Shown here: one piece after another, positions 35,728-47,235 of the stretch
How the letters are laid out: each line of letters starts with the position of its first letter
Numbering within the stretch: position 1 is the stretch's first letter
DNA from: Hyaloraphidium curvatum SAG 235-1
Taxonomy: Eukaryota; Fungi; Monoblepharomycota
Assembly: GCA_025558095.1 (NCBI GenBank)
Contig: JAIVFI010000032.1
Coordinates: 372,001-436,000, forward strand
Reading direction: 5' to 3'
DNA: 64,000 nt
Position numbers and translations under genes: made by a program
The notes under the pieces: model-generated
Told to the model about the DNA's origin: nothing
Database searches by the model: none
What the model saw: the letters and a program-made list of their open reading frames with translations, nothing else

Positions 35728-37689
35728 CTAGATCCCGTTTGTCCCCACCCTCTCGTGCAGCCCGGCCTCCTCCTCGTGCCCGTGCGCGGCGCGCTCGGTG
35801 ATGCTCCGCAGCCACTCGAGGTACGTGCGGGGGGTGTATAGCTGCAGCCACTGTTTCCCGGAACGGTATGGTCAGCCGACATCATCGCCTGCGGGGAGCG
35901 AGCATCAACGACGCACCTCGTTGCCGAGCGCCTCGGCGGCCGTCATCCTCGTCCCCGGCTCCTTGTCCAGCAGCCTCCGCACGAACTCCTTGCCCTCGGG
36001 GCTGACCATCGCCCAGTCCGTACCGTCGGTGTCGGGCTCGGTCCCCAGGATGCAGTCGATGGCGTCGCCGACGGTGCCGCGGCCGCTGACGAAGGGGTGC
36101 GCGCCGCTGAGGAGCTGGTACGCGAGGATGCCGAGCGACCAGCAGTCCGCGGGGAAGGAGTAGGGGCGGCGGCGGAGGATTTCGGGGGCTGGAAAAAGGG
36201 GCGAGGGAGGCCGGGTCAATGGCGAGACGGCAGGGGCCTGCGGCCCGCTTACCGGCGTTGGCGACCGTCCCCACCGCCCCCGTCACGCTCCCCCCCTCGG
36301 GCACCTCGACCGCCAGGTCCAGGTACCCGAGGTACATGATGCTCTCCGGGTCCGCGTCCCTGTACAGCACGCTCTCGGCGCGCATGTCGCGGTGCACCAC
36401 GCCGACCGAGTGCAGGTACGCCGCGGCGTTGCAGATGGTGGCCATGACCACGGCCGCGTCGCGCTCGGGGAAGCGGCCGTGCTTGCGTATGCGGTCCGAG
36501 AGGCGGCCGCCCGAGACGAGGGTGAAGATTTGGACGAACTCGGTGTCGGTTTCCCACCAGTCGAACTGAAAAAGGCGCAGGGGGGATCGTCAGCGGTCGC
36601 GGTGAGGAAGGCAGGCAAGCGGCCTGCCCACCATCTTCATGACCTGCGGGTGGTCGAGGCCGCCCCACAGCTCCGAGGTCCTGCGCACCGTGTCGGCCGA
36701 CGCGCCCGTGCGGTTGCCCTGGAGGCCGGCCTTGGGGATGATGCGCATGCAAAAGTCCTGGTTGGTGGGCGGGTGGTGCGTGTGGTAGATGGTGCCCACG
36801 GCGTCCTTGCCTGGCGTGCCCGGAGCGTCAGCGGTGCGGCTGCCATTGCAGCAAGGTGCAACCCACCCATCGGCTTCTTCTTGACCAGGTACCGCCGCGT
36901 GCGCTCGGCACCGACGCCGGCGTCGCCCGCGCGCTTGCCCTTGGAGGTCAGGTCGTGGCCCACGTCGTTGAGCGACACGGGCTCGCCGCCCAGCGCGGGC
37001 CCCTGCGCCGACACGGGCACGGGGGCCGGCGCGCCCTCGTGCCACGTCGCGTTGTCGCCCTCGACATGCCTGTCGAGGTCGTACGGCACGTAGTCGTCGC
37101 CGGGGGTCGGCAGCCGCGCGCCGGCGGGAGCGGCGATCGGCGCGGCCCCCAGCGGCGACGGGTGCGGCTCGAGCCACGACGAGATGGGCGTGGCGGCGCG
37201 GGCGATGTGCGGCTCCTCGAAGGGCGAGGCGGGGCGGTTGCCGGCGGGCGTCTGCGCGCGCACGGCGAGCGGCGCGTCGCCCATGGGCGTGCCGGGGCGG
37301 TGGCCGGCGGGCGTGGCCTCGCGGTCGGCGAGGGAGGGCGCGAACGACGGCTGGCCGTGCATGGCGTCGAGGTCGAAGTCCGGGTCGGCGGCGAAGTGGT
37401 CCTCCTCGCCGGGCAGCGGCACGCGCGGCGACAGGCGCGGCGACGCCTTCGCCACCGACAGCCGCCGCGTCGCCGCCGTCTCGGCCGCCGGGTCGCCGAT
37501 CGCGCGGTGCAGATCGGGCGGCGGCTCGTCGGGCGCCAGAGCGCCGCGGTCCATCGTCGGCCGCTGGATCGCGATCGACGGCGCCGTCGACGACATCGTC
37601 GACGAGAACGTCGGCGTCGGCACACCCTGCGGCCGCGGCACCGCCGCCGCGCCCTCGCCGCTCACGGTCATCCGCGGCGCTTCGGCCAT
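35728..37689 (-). CDS. CaMK-like pseudokinase with Pro-rich N-terminus (multi-exon)
   Basis: LDHPQVM, GGRLSDRI, YLHSVGVVHRDMRAESVL, APEIL, ADCWSLGIL and LLDKEPGTRMTAAEAL. VAIK and DFG are replaced. Confidence 0.75.
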
Positions 37690-37804
37690 CCTGCTCCGCC
37701 GCGGGGGCGCTGGGCGTTGGGGGACAGCTTGACTCGACGGCAGAAATGGGCCGCGGCAAGGGACTGGCAAGTCAACCTCGGGATTCCTCGCGGCCAAGCA
37801 GGAG

Positions 37805-39502
37805 ATGGAGTACGTCCGCTTCGGCAACACCGGCCTCACGGTCTCGCGTCTGTGCCTCGGGGTGAGGCTCTCCCTGTCCCCGCCCCCACCCCACCCCAAC
37901 GCGTCCCCCCCTCTCGCGTCTCCCCCCTCGCATCGCACCTCCCCGCCGCTCAAATGGCACGTTCTAACCGCAGATCCACCATTTTGTCAGATGATGTCCT
38001 ACGGCGACCCGCGGTGGGCCGAGTGGGTGCTCCCCGAGGAGCAGAGCCTGGAGATGATCGAGCACGCGTGGTCCAAGGGTGGGCGGACGCTTGCCGCCCT
38101 CGGTTCCACAATTTGCTGACGCTGTTTTGCCCGTTGGACCCGTTGGACGCCAGGGATCAACTTCTGGTAGGTCCAGCCGCCCCCAAATTGTCCCTCCGAC
38201 CGTTCTTGGGACTGTCACCCACTCGTCACCCGGCCCGCAGGGACACGGCCAACGTTTACTCGAATGGCGAAAGCGAGCGCGTCACCGGCCTTGCCCTGCG
38301 GAAGCTCAACATCCCCCGGGAGCGCGTCGTGATCGCGACCAAGGTCCGCCCTGCCGGTCCCCGGTCGACCACCATCTTCTGACCGTTGTTGCCGTTCCGT
38401 GGTACAGGTGTACTCCGCCACCTTTGCCGAGACCATCTCGCGCCGCGCAATGGGCGAGAAGCTCACGGCGCGGGACGACCAGTTCCGCCTCGGGCTGAGC
38501 CGCAAGTCCATCATGTTCGAGGTCGACCAATCCCTCAAGAGGCTGGGGACGGACTACATCGACCTCTAGTGCGTCGTCGCGCGCTTCTTTGCGGGCGCGT
38601 GCGGGAACTGACGGGGCATTCTCCGCCCGCTGCTCACCGTGCCCTCCCGCACCCCCCCGAAGCCAAATCCACCGGTTCGATCCCAACACCCCCGTCGAGG
38701 AAACCATGCTTGCGCTGCACGACCTCGTGCGGTCGGGCAAGGTGCGCTACATCGGGGCGAGCAGCATGTGGGCGTGGCAGCTGAGCAAGATGAACGTGGG
38801 TGGCTCCGCGGGGGCCCCGGGGGGGCCGCGCTGAATGGCCCGGCAGTACACCGCCAAGATGAACGGCTGGACGCCCTTTGTTTCCATGCAGGATTTCTAC
38901 AATCTCGTCGGTGTTTTCGGTGCCCCCTCCGATGCCGCGATCTCACCGCGATCGCCCCCAGCTCTACAGGGAAGAGGAACGCGAGATGATTCCCCTCCTG
39001 CAGGACCAAGGCATGGCCTGCATCCCCTGGTCCCCCCTCGCGCGCGGCGCGCTCACGGGCAAGGGCAACCGCGAGACCGTGCGCACGCGGAGCGACCCGT
39101 TCTACAAGACCCTCGCCAAGGCCGTCGGCGCCGAGGACGAGATCGTCGCGAGGGCGTTCGAGGTGGCGGAGAAGAGGGGGGCGACGGGGGCGCAGGTTGC
39201 CCTGGCGTGGCAGTTCACCAAGCCGTACATCACGAGCCCGATCGGTGGGTTTCCGGCCGGCGGGAGGGGTGCGCCGCGGAGCGAGGAAGCTGACGTCGCG
39301 GCCGGGGCACCAGTGGGAGTGTCCAAGAAGCACCATCTGGACGACCTCGTCGGCGCGGTGAAGCTCAAGCTGACGCCCGAGGAGGTGGCGTACCTGGAGG
39401 AGCCCGTGGGTGGCCTGCGCGACGGATTCCGCGCGCGATGCGGGCTTATCGTTCGGTGGTGCATCGCAGTACCAGCCCAAGCGCGTGCAGGGGCACCTGT
39501 AG
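37805..39502 (+). CDS. Aldo-keto reductase (aryl-alcohol dehydrogenase/YajO-like), about 9 introns
   Basis: [19 protein letters not shown]|MMSYG..|GINFW|[18 protein letters not shown]|..[13 protein letters not shown]|[31 protein letters not shown]|YQPK. Confidence 0.9.
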
Positions 39503-39630
39503 GGTGGATGTGGAGATGGGAAGCTGAACCTGTAGGGATAGCAGAAGTACGGGAGAGACGGAGGGGACCAACGCCCAAAGACGAGCTCCCCCCCTCCCAC
39601 GCAAAACGGCTGCGATCCGCTCGGCCCCGG

Positions 39631-41274
39631 ATGGAGAGCTCCGTCGCCTGTGAGCAGCCCGCGACGCCGTCGCTGTTTTCCGCGGCGGAATGGGCGGCCC
39701 TTTTCCCGGCGCCGCTGCCAGAGCCCGCCGACGCCGCGGACGTCGCCTCGGAGTTGCGCGAGATCGCGGCAAACGCGGCAGCCGACGGCACCGGCGCCCC
39801 GCCGCTCGGCCCCGAGGAGCTGCTGGCCGGCCTCGCGGGAGCCCCTGCCGTGCGCCTGCTCGTACGGCTGGGCGCGTTCCTGGGACGCGTTGTCCTCCCG
39901 CGCTACGGCATCCTGCGGATCGCCCAGCAGGCCTTCACGTTGTTTTTTGTGGCTCTCATATGGATCGAGAACGACGGTCGCTTTGGCACGCGCCAGCTCG
40001 TGGTGGCCACCGTCGCCCATGTCAGGCTGGCCATCTGGGATTTTCGAGTGCTTGGCGGCCATTTCGCGCCATCCGATAAACATGTCTGGCTGCGAGAGGA
40101 AGCAGCGGCCGTTTCGGGCCCGTCTGCAGGTCGACATGCCCTCGCCAGCATAGTCCGGTACCGCGAGCTTGTGCAGAACGGAGGAAGCAAGCTTACAGAG
40201 CACGTTCTGGGAGACTCTCTCTGCACCTGTCCCAGGGCTACGTGCTGCGGCGACATCATCCGATCGGCGCTCGCCTTGTACGTGGCCGCGCCCATCGTAA
40301 ACACCTTGTTGTACTGGGCAGCTTTTGTGGTCCTCTATGTCTGGACTCCCGCTGTTACCTTCGGGTCCGCCACCTGGTCGACGGCGTGGGCCGCCACGCT
40401 CTCGGCTGTGGGAATTGCCGTGATTGCTTTTTTTCTCATCGTGGTTGTGGTGGGCACTCTGGCCAACGCGCGGAATGTGCCCCTCTTTGCGCTGGACACT
40501 CGCATGCGACGCCGAGCTGCAAGCCGATGTCTCGAGGCCCTACTTGTGGAGCTGCGGGAAACTTCCACTCGCCTAGAGGGTGCTTGGAGGCCACGCAAGG
40601 CGGAATGCGAGCCCTACTTTGCCTTGCACGCCGCTCTTGTCGCCACCTGGCAGGCCACCAAGGCGGTCGCAGAAGTCACCCGCGCCGTTGCCGTTACAGG
40701 CATGCTCGCCGAAGCAGTTGGGCTCCTGATTGTCCTCGTAGGTGCGACAGACGGCCGCTTTATTCCTCTTGTAACTTGCCCCTTTTCGTCGCAGATTGGA
40801 TCCTCGTGCATCCCCGCCTACAACCTTGGAGGGCTCCTTCTTACCATCACCGTCGTCTTTGTCAATGATTTGGTCATCCTCGCCGCGGCCAACACCTCCC
40901 CCGACCGCATCGCAGCCCTGTACTGCACCGCCGCACAATCCCTCCGCACCATCGGCATGTCCGCCGTCGCAGACGGGCGCCCGGAGGTCGCCGCCGCCGC
41001 ACAATGGCACGATCGCATCCTCACCGGTTTCGCGGACGTGGATCCGTACCGCGCCCGCGCATTCGGGATCCCCGTCACGTTCGACCTGATCCGGACGATG
41101 GTGGCCACGCTGTTCACCCTCGGTGTCGGGCTTTGGAGTGTTCTGCGCGGGGCTGGGGTGGGGGTGACGATAGATCTGGTTTGTCCGGTGAGTGGTGCTT
41201 TGCTCGTTGCAATGGCCGGGAGTAACCGCCGACGCAGTCTCCGTCATCCGTGGGATGATGGAACAAGTGACTGA
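39631..41274 (+). CDS. Uncharacterised 7-TM membrane protein, family copy 2
   Basis: CTCPRATCCG, AAANTSPDRIAALY and AFGIPVTFDLIRTMVATLFTLGVGLWSVLRGAGV..CP. Probable in-frame intron at ~40738-40794. The 3' end is uncertain. Confidence 0.7.
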   Translation: MESSVACEQPATPSLFSAAEWAALFPAPLPEPADAADVASELREIAANAAADGTGAPPLGPEELLAGLAGAPAVRLLVRLGAFLGRVVLPRYGILRIAQQAFTLFFVALIWIENDGRFGTRQLVVATVAHVRLAIWDFRVLGGHFAPSDKHVWLREEAAAVSGPSAGRHALASIVRYRELVQNGGSKLTEHVLGDSLCTCPRATCCGDIIRSALALYVAAPIVNTLLYWAAFVVLYVWTPAVTFGSATWSTAWAATLSAVGIAVIAFFLIVVVVGTLANARNVPLFALDTRMRRRAASRCLEALLVELRETSTRLEGAWRPRKAECEPYFALHAALVATWQATKAVAEVTRAVAVTGMLAEAVGLLIVLVGATDGRFIPLVTCPFSSQIGSSCIPAYNLGGLLLTITVVFVNDLVILAAANTSPDRIAALYCTAAQSLRTIGMSAVADGRPEVAAAAQWHDRILTGFADVDPYRARAFGIPVTFDLIRTMVATLFTLGVGLWSVLRGAGVGVTIDLVCPVSGALLVAMAGSNRRRSLRHPWDDGTSD

Positions 41275-41591
41275 AAAGCTAGCGCAAGCGAGCTAAGGGC
41301 CACCTTTAGGGCGGATGCGCAAATGGGAGGCCCGAGGTCGCGGCGGTGAAGGGTGCGAGTGGATGGCAGTCGTCTTCGGCGGGGCAGGCCGCAGCTGGCT
41401 CCCTGTTCCCCGATGGCATGGGAACCGTTAGCAAGCTTCGTCGTTCGTGGATATTCATTCGACATTTTGGAGGCCTTGAATCCTTCAAGTGCGGGCGGAA
41501 TCCTGGAGCCGCCACAAGACGGGTCTAGCTCGGCCGGGGGACGACGATCGAAAGTTCTGCCCTCCACTTCCCCCGCGAATCCCCGGGCACA

Positions 41592-43704
41592 ATGGCGGCC
41601 GTCAACGGCACCGGTGTCCACAGCGACTTCACGGACGCGAAAGATATGAGGAAGGACGGCTACGACTGTGCGGAGCGCGATTCGCTTCAGGGAACGCGCG
41701 GGCACTCAGTGTGTCTCCCACCCAGTCATTGTCGTCGGCAGCGGCTCGGCAGGCGCCGTCGTCGCGTCCCGACTTTCCGAAGACAAGGTGATTCATTCCC
41801 CGGGCCGGAGGGAGGCGATTCGCTTTCCCGGACCGCTCTGCTCACACATCTCTCCCCAGTCGGTTTCGGTGCTCCTCCTCGAGGCCGGCGGGGACAACTC
41901 CGCCCCCGAAATCATGACGCCGTGGAAACTCCTGAACGTCCTCGGCCGCCCCGAGTTTGACTGGAGCTTCCCCACCAGCACCCACACGCGCCTCGCCAAC
42001 ACCGCGAACCCGGGCGGCCGCGGCATGATCTGGCCGCGCGGCAAGCTGGTCGGCGGGTCCAGCTCCATCAACGCGACGCTGTACGTCCGGGGGAGCCCCA
42101 ACGACTACAACATCTGGGCCGCGCACCACGGCTGCCCGCTCTGGTCGTACGAGCACTGCCTGAAGTACTTCAACAAGGCCGAGAGGCTCCACCCCTACAA
42201 GATCGACCCTGTGTCGCCCTACGTCGGCCTGGCGGGGCCGTTGGGCGTGACCGAGTTCACCCCGACCCAGGTCAACCCCCTCTCGGAAGCCTTCCGCGCC
42301 TCGTGCGCCGCCGCGCTGGCGGGCGCGGGCTGCCCCGAGACGGACAACTACAACGGACCGAAACAGGACGGCGTGGCGCTGGCGCAGGCGTCGATCGAGA
42401 ACGGGCGGAGGTGCGACGCGTTCACGGGCTACCTCAGGAAGCCGGACAAGGCGACGGGGCTGCCCGTGATCACCAGCCGGGCGGCCCGTCTCCATGTGGT
42501 TACCCATGCGCAGGTCACGCGCGTTGCGCTCGAGGGGGACAAATGCACGGGCGTGTACGTCAGGATCGGGGGAGGAGAGGAGGTGCTGGTGAAGGCGCAG
42601 AAGGACGTCATTCTGTCGGCGGGCGCGATCGGCAGCCCGTGGATCCTGCAGAACTCTGGCATCGGCGACCGGAAGTGGCTCGAGGACGCTGGGATCGAGT
42701 GCAAGGTTGATCTGCCGGCGGTGGGCAAGAACATGAAGGGTGGGCGTTTCGCAACGCCATTCCAGCTAGGCCAGCGTCTTACCGCCCCGCAGACCACCTG
42801 TGGGCGCCTCTTGTCTGGAATACGCCACCCGGGGACACCGTTGCGTACGACGTCACCGATCCCGAGTACCCGCCGTTCAAGGCCGCGTTCGCCCAGTACG
42901 ATCTCTTCCGCTCAGGATGGTTTTCCGTAGGCGTCTCTGCGAAGCTCTTTGTTTGTATCTGACCCCGCCTCCGTCACCCCGCAGACAACGCTCGTCGAGA
43001 CGCTCGCGTTCTACAACAGCGGCCTCCCCGAGGAGTACCCCTCGCACCCGCGCTGCGACATCGAGTACGAGCAGTTCCCCGTCTCGCTCGGCTGGGTCGG
43101 CCTCGACGCCGAGGCGGAGCTGATCGGGGACGGCACGCCGCGGCACGGCATGTCGGTCATGGTCACGCAGCTGAGCCCCAAGAGCAGGGGGCACGTCAAG
43201 GTGGTCAGCAAATATCCGACCGTGCCGCCCGAGATCCACGCGAACTACCTGGAGCATCCCGACGACCTCGAGGTCCTCGTCAGGGGCCTCAAGAACCTCC
43301 GCCTGGTGGCGAAGCAGGAGCCTCTCAAAAGCATGATTGACGTGGGTTATTGGTGTTCCCGTCGACGACTGCGTCCAACTCTTGGTTTTCTCCAGTCCGA
43401 GCTCTACCATGCCAAGATCAAGGACATCGACCCCCTTGCGCAGCCGGACGAGTACTTTGCCGAGTACGTCCGCCTCTCCGGCATTACGAACTATCATCCA
43501 ACTTCGACCTGCCGCATGGGACGTGCGGACGACCCCAACGCCGTGCTGGACGAGCGCTGCCGCGTGCGCGGGGTGAAGGGGCTGAGAGTGGTGGACGCGA
43601 GCTCGATGCCGGACATCGTGTGCGGCAACACGAACGCGCCGTCCATCATGATCGGGGAGAGGGCTTCGGACCTGATCAAGGAGGACTGGGGACTGGCCCT
43701 GTGA
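41592..43704 (+). CDS. GMC oxidoreductase (choline/alcohol dehydrogenase-like), multi-exon
   Basis: VIVVGSGSAGAVVASRL, LLEAG, WPRGKLVGGSSSIN, ILSAGAIGSP, YHPTSTCRMG, LRVVDASSMP and GNTNAP. Confidence 0.92.
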
Positions 43705-44019
43705 GGCACGGGCCACAGCCGGGTGACCGTAACTTGCACCGCGGTGTACTATTTCAAGTCCTTATTGCACAGTGTGTCAGCTGATGAAGCCAGGATTTCG
43801 AATCTCAATCTTGAATGCGCTTGCGCGAAAAATCCTCGATACAGGGTGACGGTGTGAGACGGGGGGACCGGGGCGGGTTCGACGTGGACGTTCGCGCACG
43901 AGGTGATTGTGTTCGATCCTTAATCGACACTCCGGATGTGCATGCACGCACTGCGACACGCTTAGTTTCGCTTGCTCTCCTTTTCGGCCTGCGAAGATGC
44001 CCAGGCCGCCCGATCACGC

Positions 44020-44985
44020 CTACAAGAGGCAGTCCGCCCCGTTGGGCGGCGTGTACTGCACCACCGCGTAGCCCGCATTCCCCCCGTAACCCCCCTTGAT
44101 CCCACCCTTGCCGGCCTCCGCGGGCAACGCCAGCGACCCGGTGGATGCGAACCCCGCGGCGCCCTTGCCCCCGAGCAGCACCGCGGGGTAGTAGTACGAC
44201 CCCGCGTCCAAGCCCAGCGCCCCGCCGGGCATCCCCTGCCTCGCCCCGCCGGTTCCCGTGGGAGTTCCACATCCGCCGCCCGAGCCGTACGCGCCCCCGC
44301 CGCCCCCGTACGCGGGGCGGTACGAGGTCGAGTTGCCCGTGCCCCCGCTCCCGCCCGTTCCGCAGCCGGGCGCCCCGCATCCGCCGTAGTCCTGGCCTCC
44401 CACTGCGGCGTCCTTGTTCCCCCCGTTGCCCCCGGTCATTGCGGCGGCCCATTCCCCGCCGTACCCCCCGTCGCCGCTGGATGAACCCCCGCCGCCGCCG
44501 AAAGAACCCGCGCCACCTCCTCCCCCCGCGTTGTCCTTGCTCCATCCGCCCCCTGCGCCCCCGCCGCCGCCGACCCGGACGTGGAAGTACTGCGCCAGCG
44601 GGAGCACTGCGGAGCCGGTCAGCGGCGCCGCGTTGTCGCCGGGGTGGTCGCCCGACGCGGCGCGCCCGCCGTTGCCGCCGGCGGAGTAGTACCGCGCGAT
44701 GGTTGCGAAAAACGGGTCGGGCGCCATGGAGATGGTGAGGGCCGTGGAGCCGCCACCGCCGCCCGCGCCGTGCGATCCGCCCCCACCCCCACCCCCACCG
44801 ACGATGGCGAACTTGATGGGGACGTCGGCGTTATACGGGTTCGGCACGGTCAGCGCGGTGCGGATGTCGACGGTGCACGTCTTTGCCTGGCGCGGGAGCA
44901 GGTCGGCGGCCGCGGGGCACGCCGCGGGGAGGAGGAGCGCGAGGAGGAGCGCCGGCGTGGCGGTGTGGAGGAAGGGTCGGCGCAT
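44020..44985 (-). CDS. Secreted glycine-rich protein (ALK/LTK-type glycine-rich domain-like)
   Basis: Signal peptide, FAIVGGGGGGG, SAGGNGG, VRVGGGGGAGG and GGNAGYAVVQY, with terminal Cys pair. Intronless, 321 aa. Confidence 0.7.
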   Translation of the reverse strand: MRRPFLHTATPALLLALLLPAACPAAADLLPRQAKTCTVDIRTALTVPNPYNADVPIKFAIVGGGGGGGGSHGAGGGGGSTALTISMAPDPFFATIARYYSAGGNGGRAASGDHPGDNAAPLTGSAVLPLAQYFHVRVGGGGGAGGGWSKDNAGGGGGAGSFGGGGGSSSGDGGYGGEWAAAMTGGNGGNKDAAVGGQDYGGCGAPGCGTGGSGGTGNSTSYRPAYGGGGGAYGSGGGCGTPTGTGGARQGMPGGALGLDAGSYYYPAVLLGGKGAAGFASTGSLALPAEAGKGGIKGGYGGNAGYAVVQYTPPNGADCLL

Positions 44986-45387
44986 CGCGGCGGCGCGCGG
45001 CGGGAAGGGGCGCGGTGCGCTTCCGGGATGGGGTGCGGGTGCGCGGCGCCCGGATCAATCGCCGGCGCCGTGGGAAGTTGCAGTGGAGCCCGATTTGTTT
45101 GAGGGAAAGAAACCCTTGAAAAGCGCGTGAAAAAAGGGTCGTGCGGAAGACGGCTGTAGAGGCCGGCAAGGCGCCCGTTCCGCCACGGCAGACTGCGGGA
45201 AAATTAGCTGGAGACGAGATTTACGCGACCGCCGGGCGCAGGAGTCGAGTCGTCGCCAGAATCCGCGGATGGGAAGGACCGAACGGGGCTGATGTCTGAT
45301 GGCTGACCACCCGCGAGAACCTGTTTTCGCTTCGCCCCTTCCAGGCCATCCAGGGGCGAAGGCGCCGCGCGTAGCCGGCCAGCAACA

Positions 45388-46878
45388 ATGCCGCTCCCCG
45401 CATCGTCCGGCCGGGCGGCGCTCGCCGTGCTGGCGCTCCTCGCCGCGGCCGCGGTATCCCCGGCGTCCGCCCAGCAGCTCTGCGTCAGCAACGTCGTTTC
45501 CAACCTCACCGTCGTGTACCCGGCCTCGCTGCCGCCGCTCGCCGTCAACGTCACGCTCGTTGGCGGCGGTGGCGGTGGAGGTGGCGGGCGCGGGGCGGGC
45601 GGCGGCGGCGGCTCGACGGCCATCCAGTTCGGCAGCGGCCCGCGGTTCTACGCGTTCGGCGGCGACGGTGGCAAGGCGGCGACCTCCTCCAAGGCCGGCG
45701 ACGGGCAGCGCGTCACGTTCTCGTGGACGGCGATGCCCGGCGACGCCGTGGCGATCAAGGTCGGCGGAGGCGGCGGTGGCGGTATCAGCGCGTCCAAAAC
45801 CTGGCGCTCCTTCGGCTCGCACCACAACTCGCAGTACGGCGTGGGCGGGGGCGGCGGTGGGTCGGGATGGATCGGCGGCGGCGGCGGGTCGCACGGCGGC
45901 CCGGGCGGGGGAGGCGGCGAGTCCTCAGGCCCCCTGACCAACGGGGCCGGGCAGGGCGGCGGGACCGAGGGCTACGCGGACCACGGCGGCAACGGCGGCA
46001 CACACGGCGACCATCCGCTGAGCTACAACAGCGGCGGCGTCGGGGGGAGCTACTCGCAGGGCGGCGACAACCGGGGGCACGGCGCAGGCTCCGGGGCCGG
46101 ATACGGAGCCGGCGGCGGCGAGGGCGGCGGCGTCGATGCCTGCCAGTCGGACCTCTGGTGCATCGGTGACGTGCACTTCTACGAGTACGAGGGCGCAGCG
46201 GGCGGTTCCTCGGGCGCCAACGGCTCCGTCGTGTGGACCTATCCGCCCAATTCCAACGTGCAAGTCCCTATGGGGATCCCCAGCTGGGGCGCCGCGGCGA
46301 TGCAGCCCACCTGGACCATCAACCCCCCCGCCGGGGCAGGCAAGGGTGCCTACGTGCCCAAGAACTACGACGAGTACAACGGGTTCAGGCCCGGGTACGG
46401 CGGCAACGGCGGCTACGCGATTCTCGTGTACCGGAGCCCCGACGGAACCTGCCCCCTCGGCGGCTCCTCCCCCCCGTCTTCGGTCTCCCCCGCGCAGGCG
46501 CTCGCCGTCTCGCCGCCGCTGGCCGACCCGGGGATCGACCTCGTGCAGCAGCAGCAGCAGGAGGACCTCGGCCCCGACACGGAGGTGCAGCGCGCCGCTG
46601 ACGACGTCGAGCGGCGGATCGGGGAGACCCTGGATGCGATCGCCGAGGGGGAGTACGACGAGGTCGAGCTCCGCGCGGCGCTGATCGGCGCAGCCAAGGC
46701 GGACGCGGCGGCGCTGGCCAGGATCGCGGACGTGCACGCGCGGACCGACAAGCTGAGGGAGAACGTGTTGCCGCCGCTGGTGGCGCAGAGGACGGAACTG
46801 TGGGCCACGATCGAGGCGAGGATCAAGGCGGACGCAGAGGCCGCAAAGCAGGCCGGGGCGGCCAAGGGGGCCCGGTGA
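45388..46878 (+). CDS. Secreted glycine-rich protein with C-terminal coiled coil (paralog of 44020..44985)
   Basis: Signal peptide, VTLVGGGGGGGG, AFGGDGG, IKVGGGGGGG and GGNGGYAILVY, then a helical tail. 496 aa. Confidence 0.7.
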   Translation: MPLPASSGRAALAVLALLAAAAVSPASAQQLCVSNVVSNLTVVYPASLPPLAVNVTLVGGGGGGGGGRGAGGGGGSTAIQFGSGPRFYAFGGDGGKAATSSKAGDGQRVTFSWTAMPGDAVAIKVGGGGGGGISASKTWRSFGSHHNSQYGVGGGGGGSGWIGGGGGSHGGPGGGGGESSGPLTNGAGQGGGTEGYADHGGNGGTHGDHPLSYNSGGVGGSYSQGGDNRGHGAGSGAGYGAGGGEGGGVDACQSDLWCIGDVHFYEYEGAAGGSSGANGSVVWTYPPNSNVQVPMGIPSWGAAAMQPTWTINPPAGAGKGAYVPKNYDEYNGFRPGYGGNGGYAILVYRSPDGTCPLGGSSPPSSVSPAQALAVSPPLADPGIDLVQQQQQEDLGPDTEVQRAADDVERRIGETLDAIAEGEYDEVELRAALIGAAKADAAALARIADVHARTDKLRENVLPPLVAQRTELWATIEARIKADAEAAKQAGAAKGAR

Positions 46879-47235
46879 TTGGGAGAGTGGTTGCAACGGG
46901 TAGAGGGGCCGGCGTTGGAGCGCAACGGAGTCAACGGGAGGGGAATACACTTCATGCGTATCGACCTTCAACCCCCTTTTTCTGTGATTCCGTCATTAGT
47001 CGGCGCACCGCACACGGCAGTTCAGGCATGCGGCTCTCCTGCCACGGCAGGCTTCTCAGTTTTGTTGAGCGATGTGAGTTTCGATTGTCAAAAGCGCGGA
47101 TGACTGGTTGTGAGTCGACCGGCGGCTGGCCCGGCATTGTGGCAAGTTCTGGAGCGTCCCGAACGACGTCACTTCGGATTCACTGCAACACGATTCACTG
47201 CAGGCTGCCAGCTCCGCGCCCCCGGCCCCGCCGCC

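Noticed and set aside
38878-41274. Apparent 798-aa fusion of the aldo-keto reductase and the 7-TM protein
   Set aside because: The AKR splices to a final exon [10 protein letters not shown] ending at 39502. The long ORF is read-through of introns and the spacer.
43775-43860. Possible hammerhead ribozyme (CTGATGA ... GAAA)
   Set aside because: The bases after CTGATGA do not pair with those before GAAA, and no NUH cleavage triplet closes stem III.
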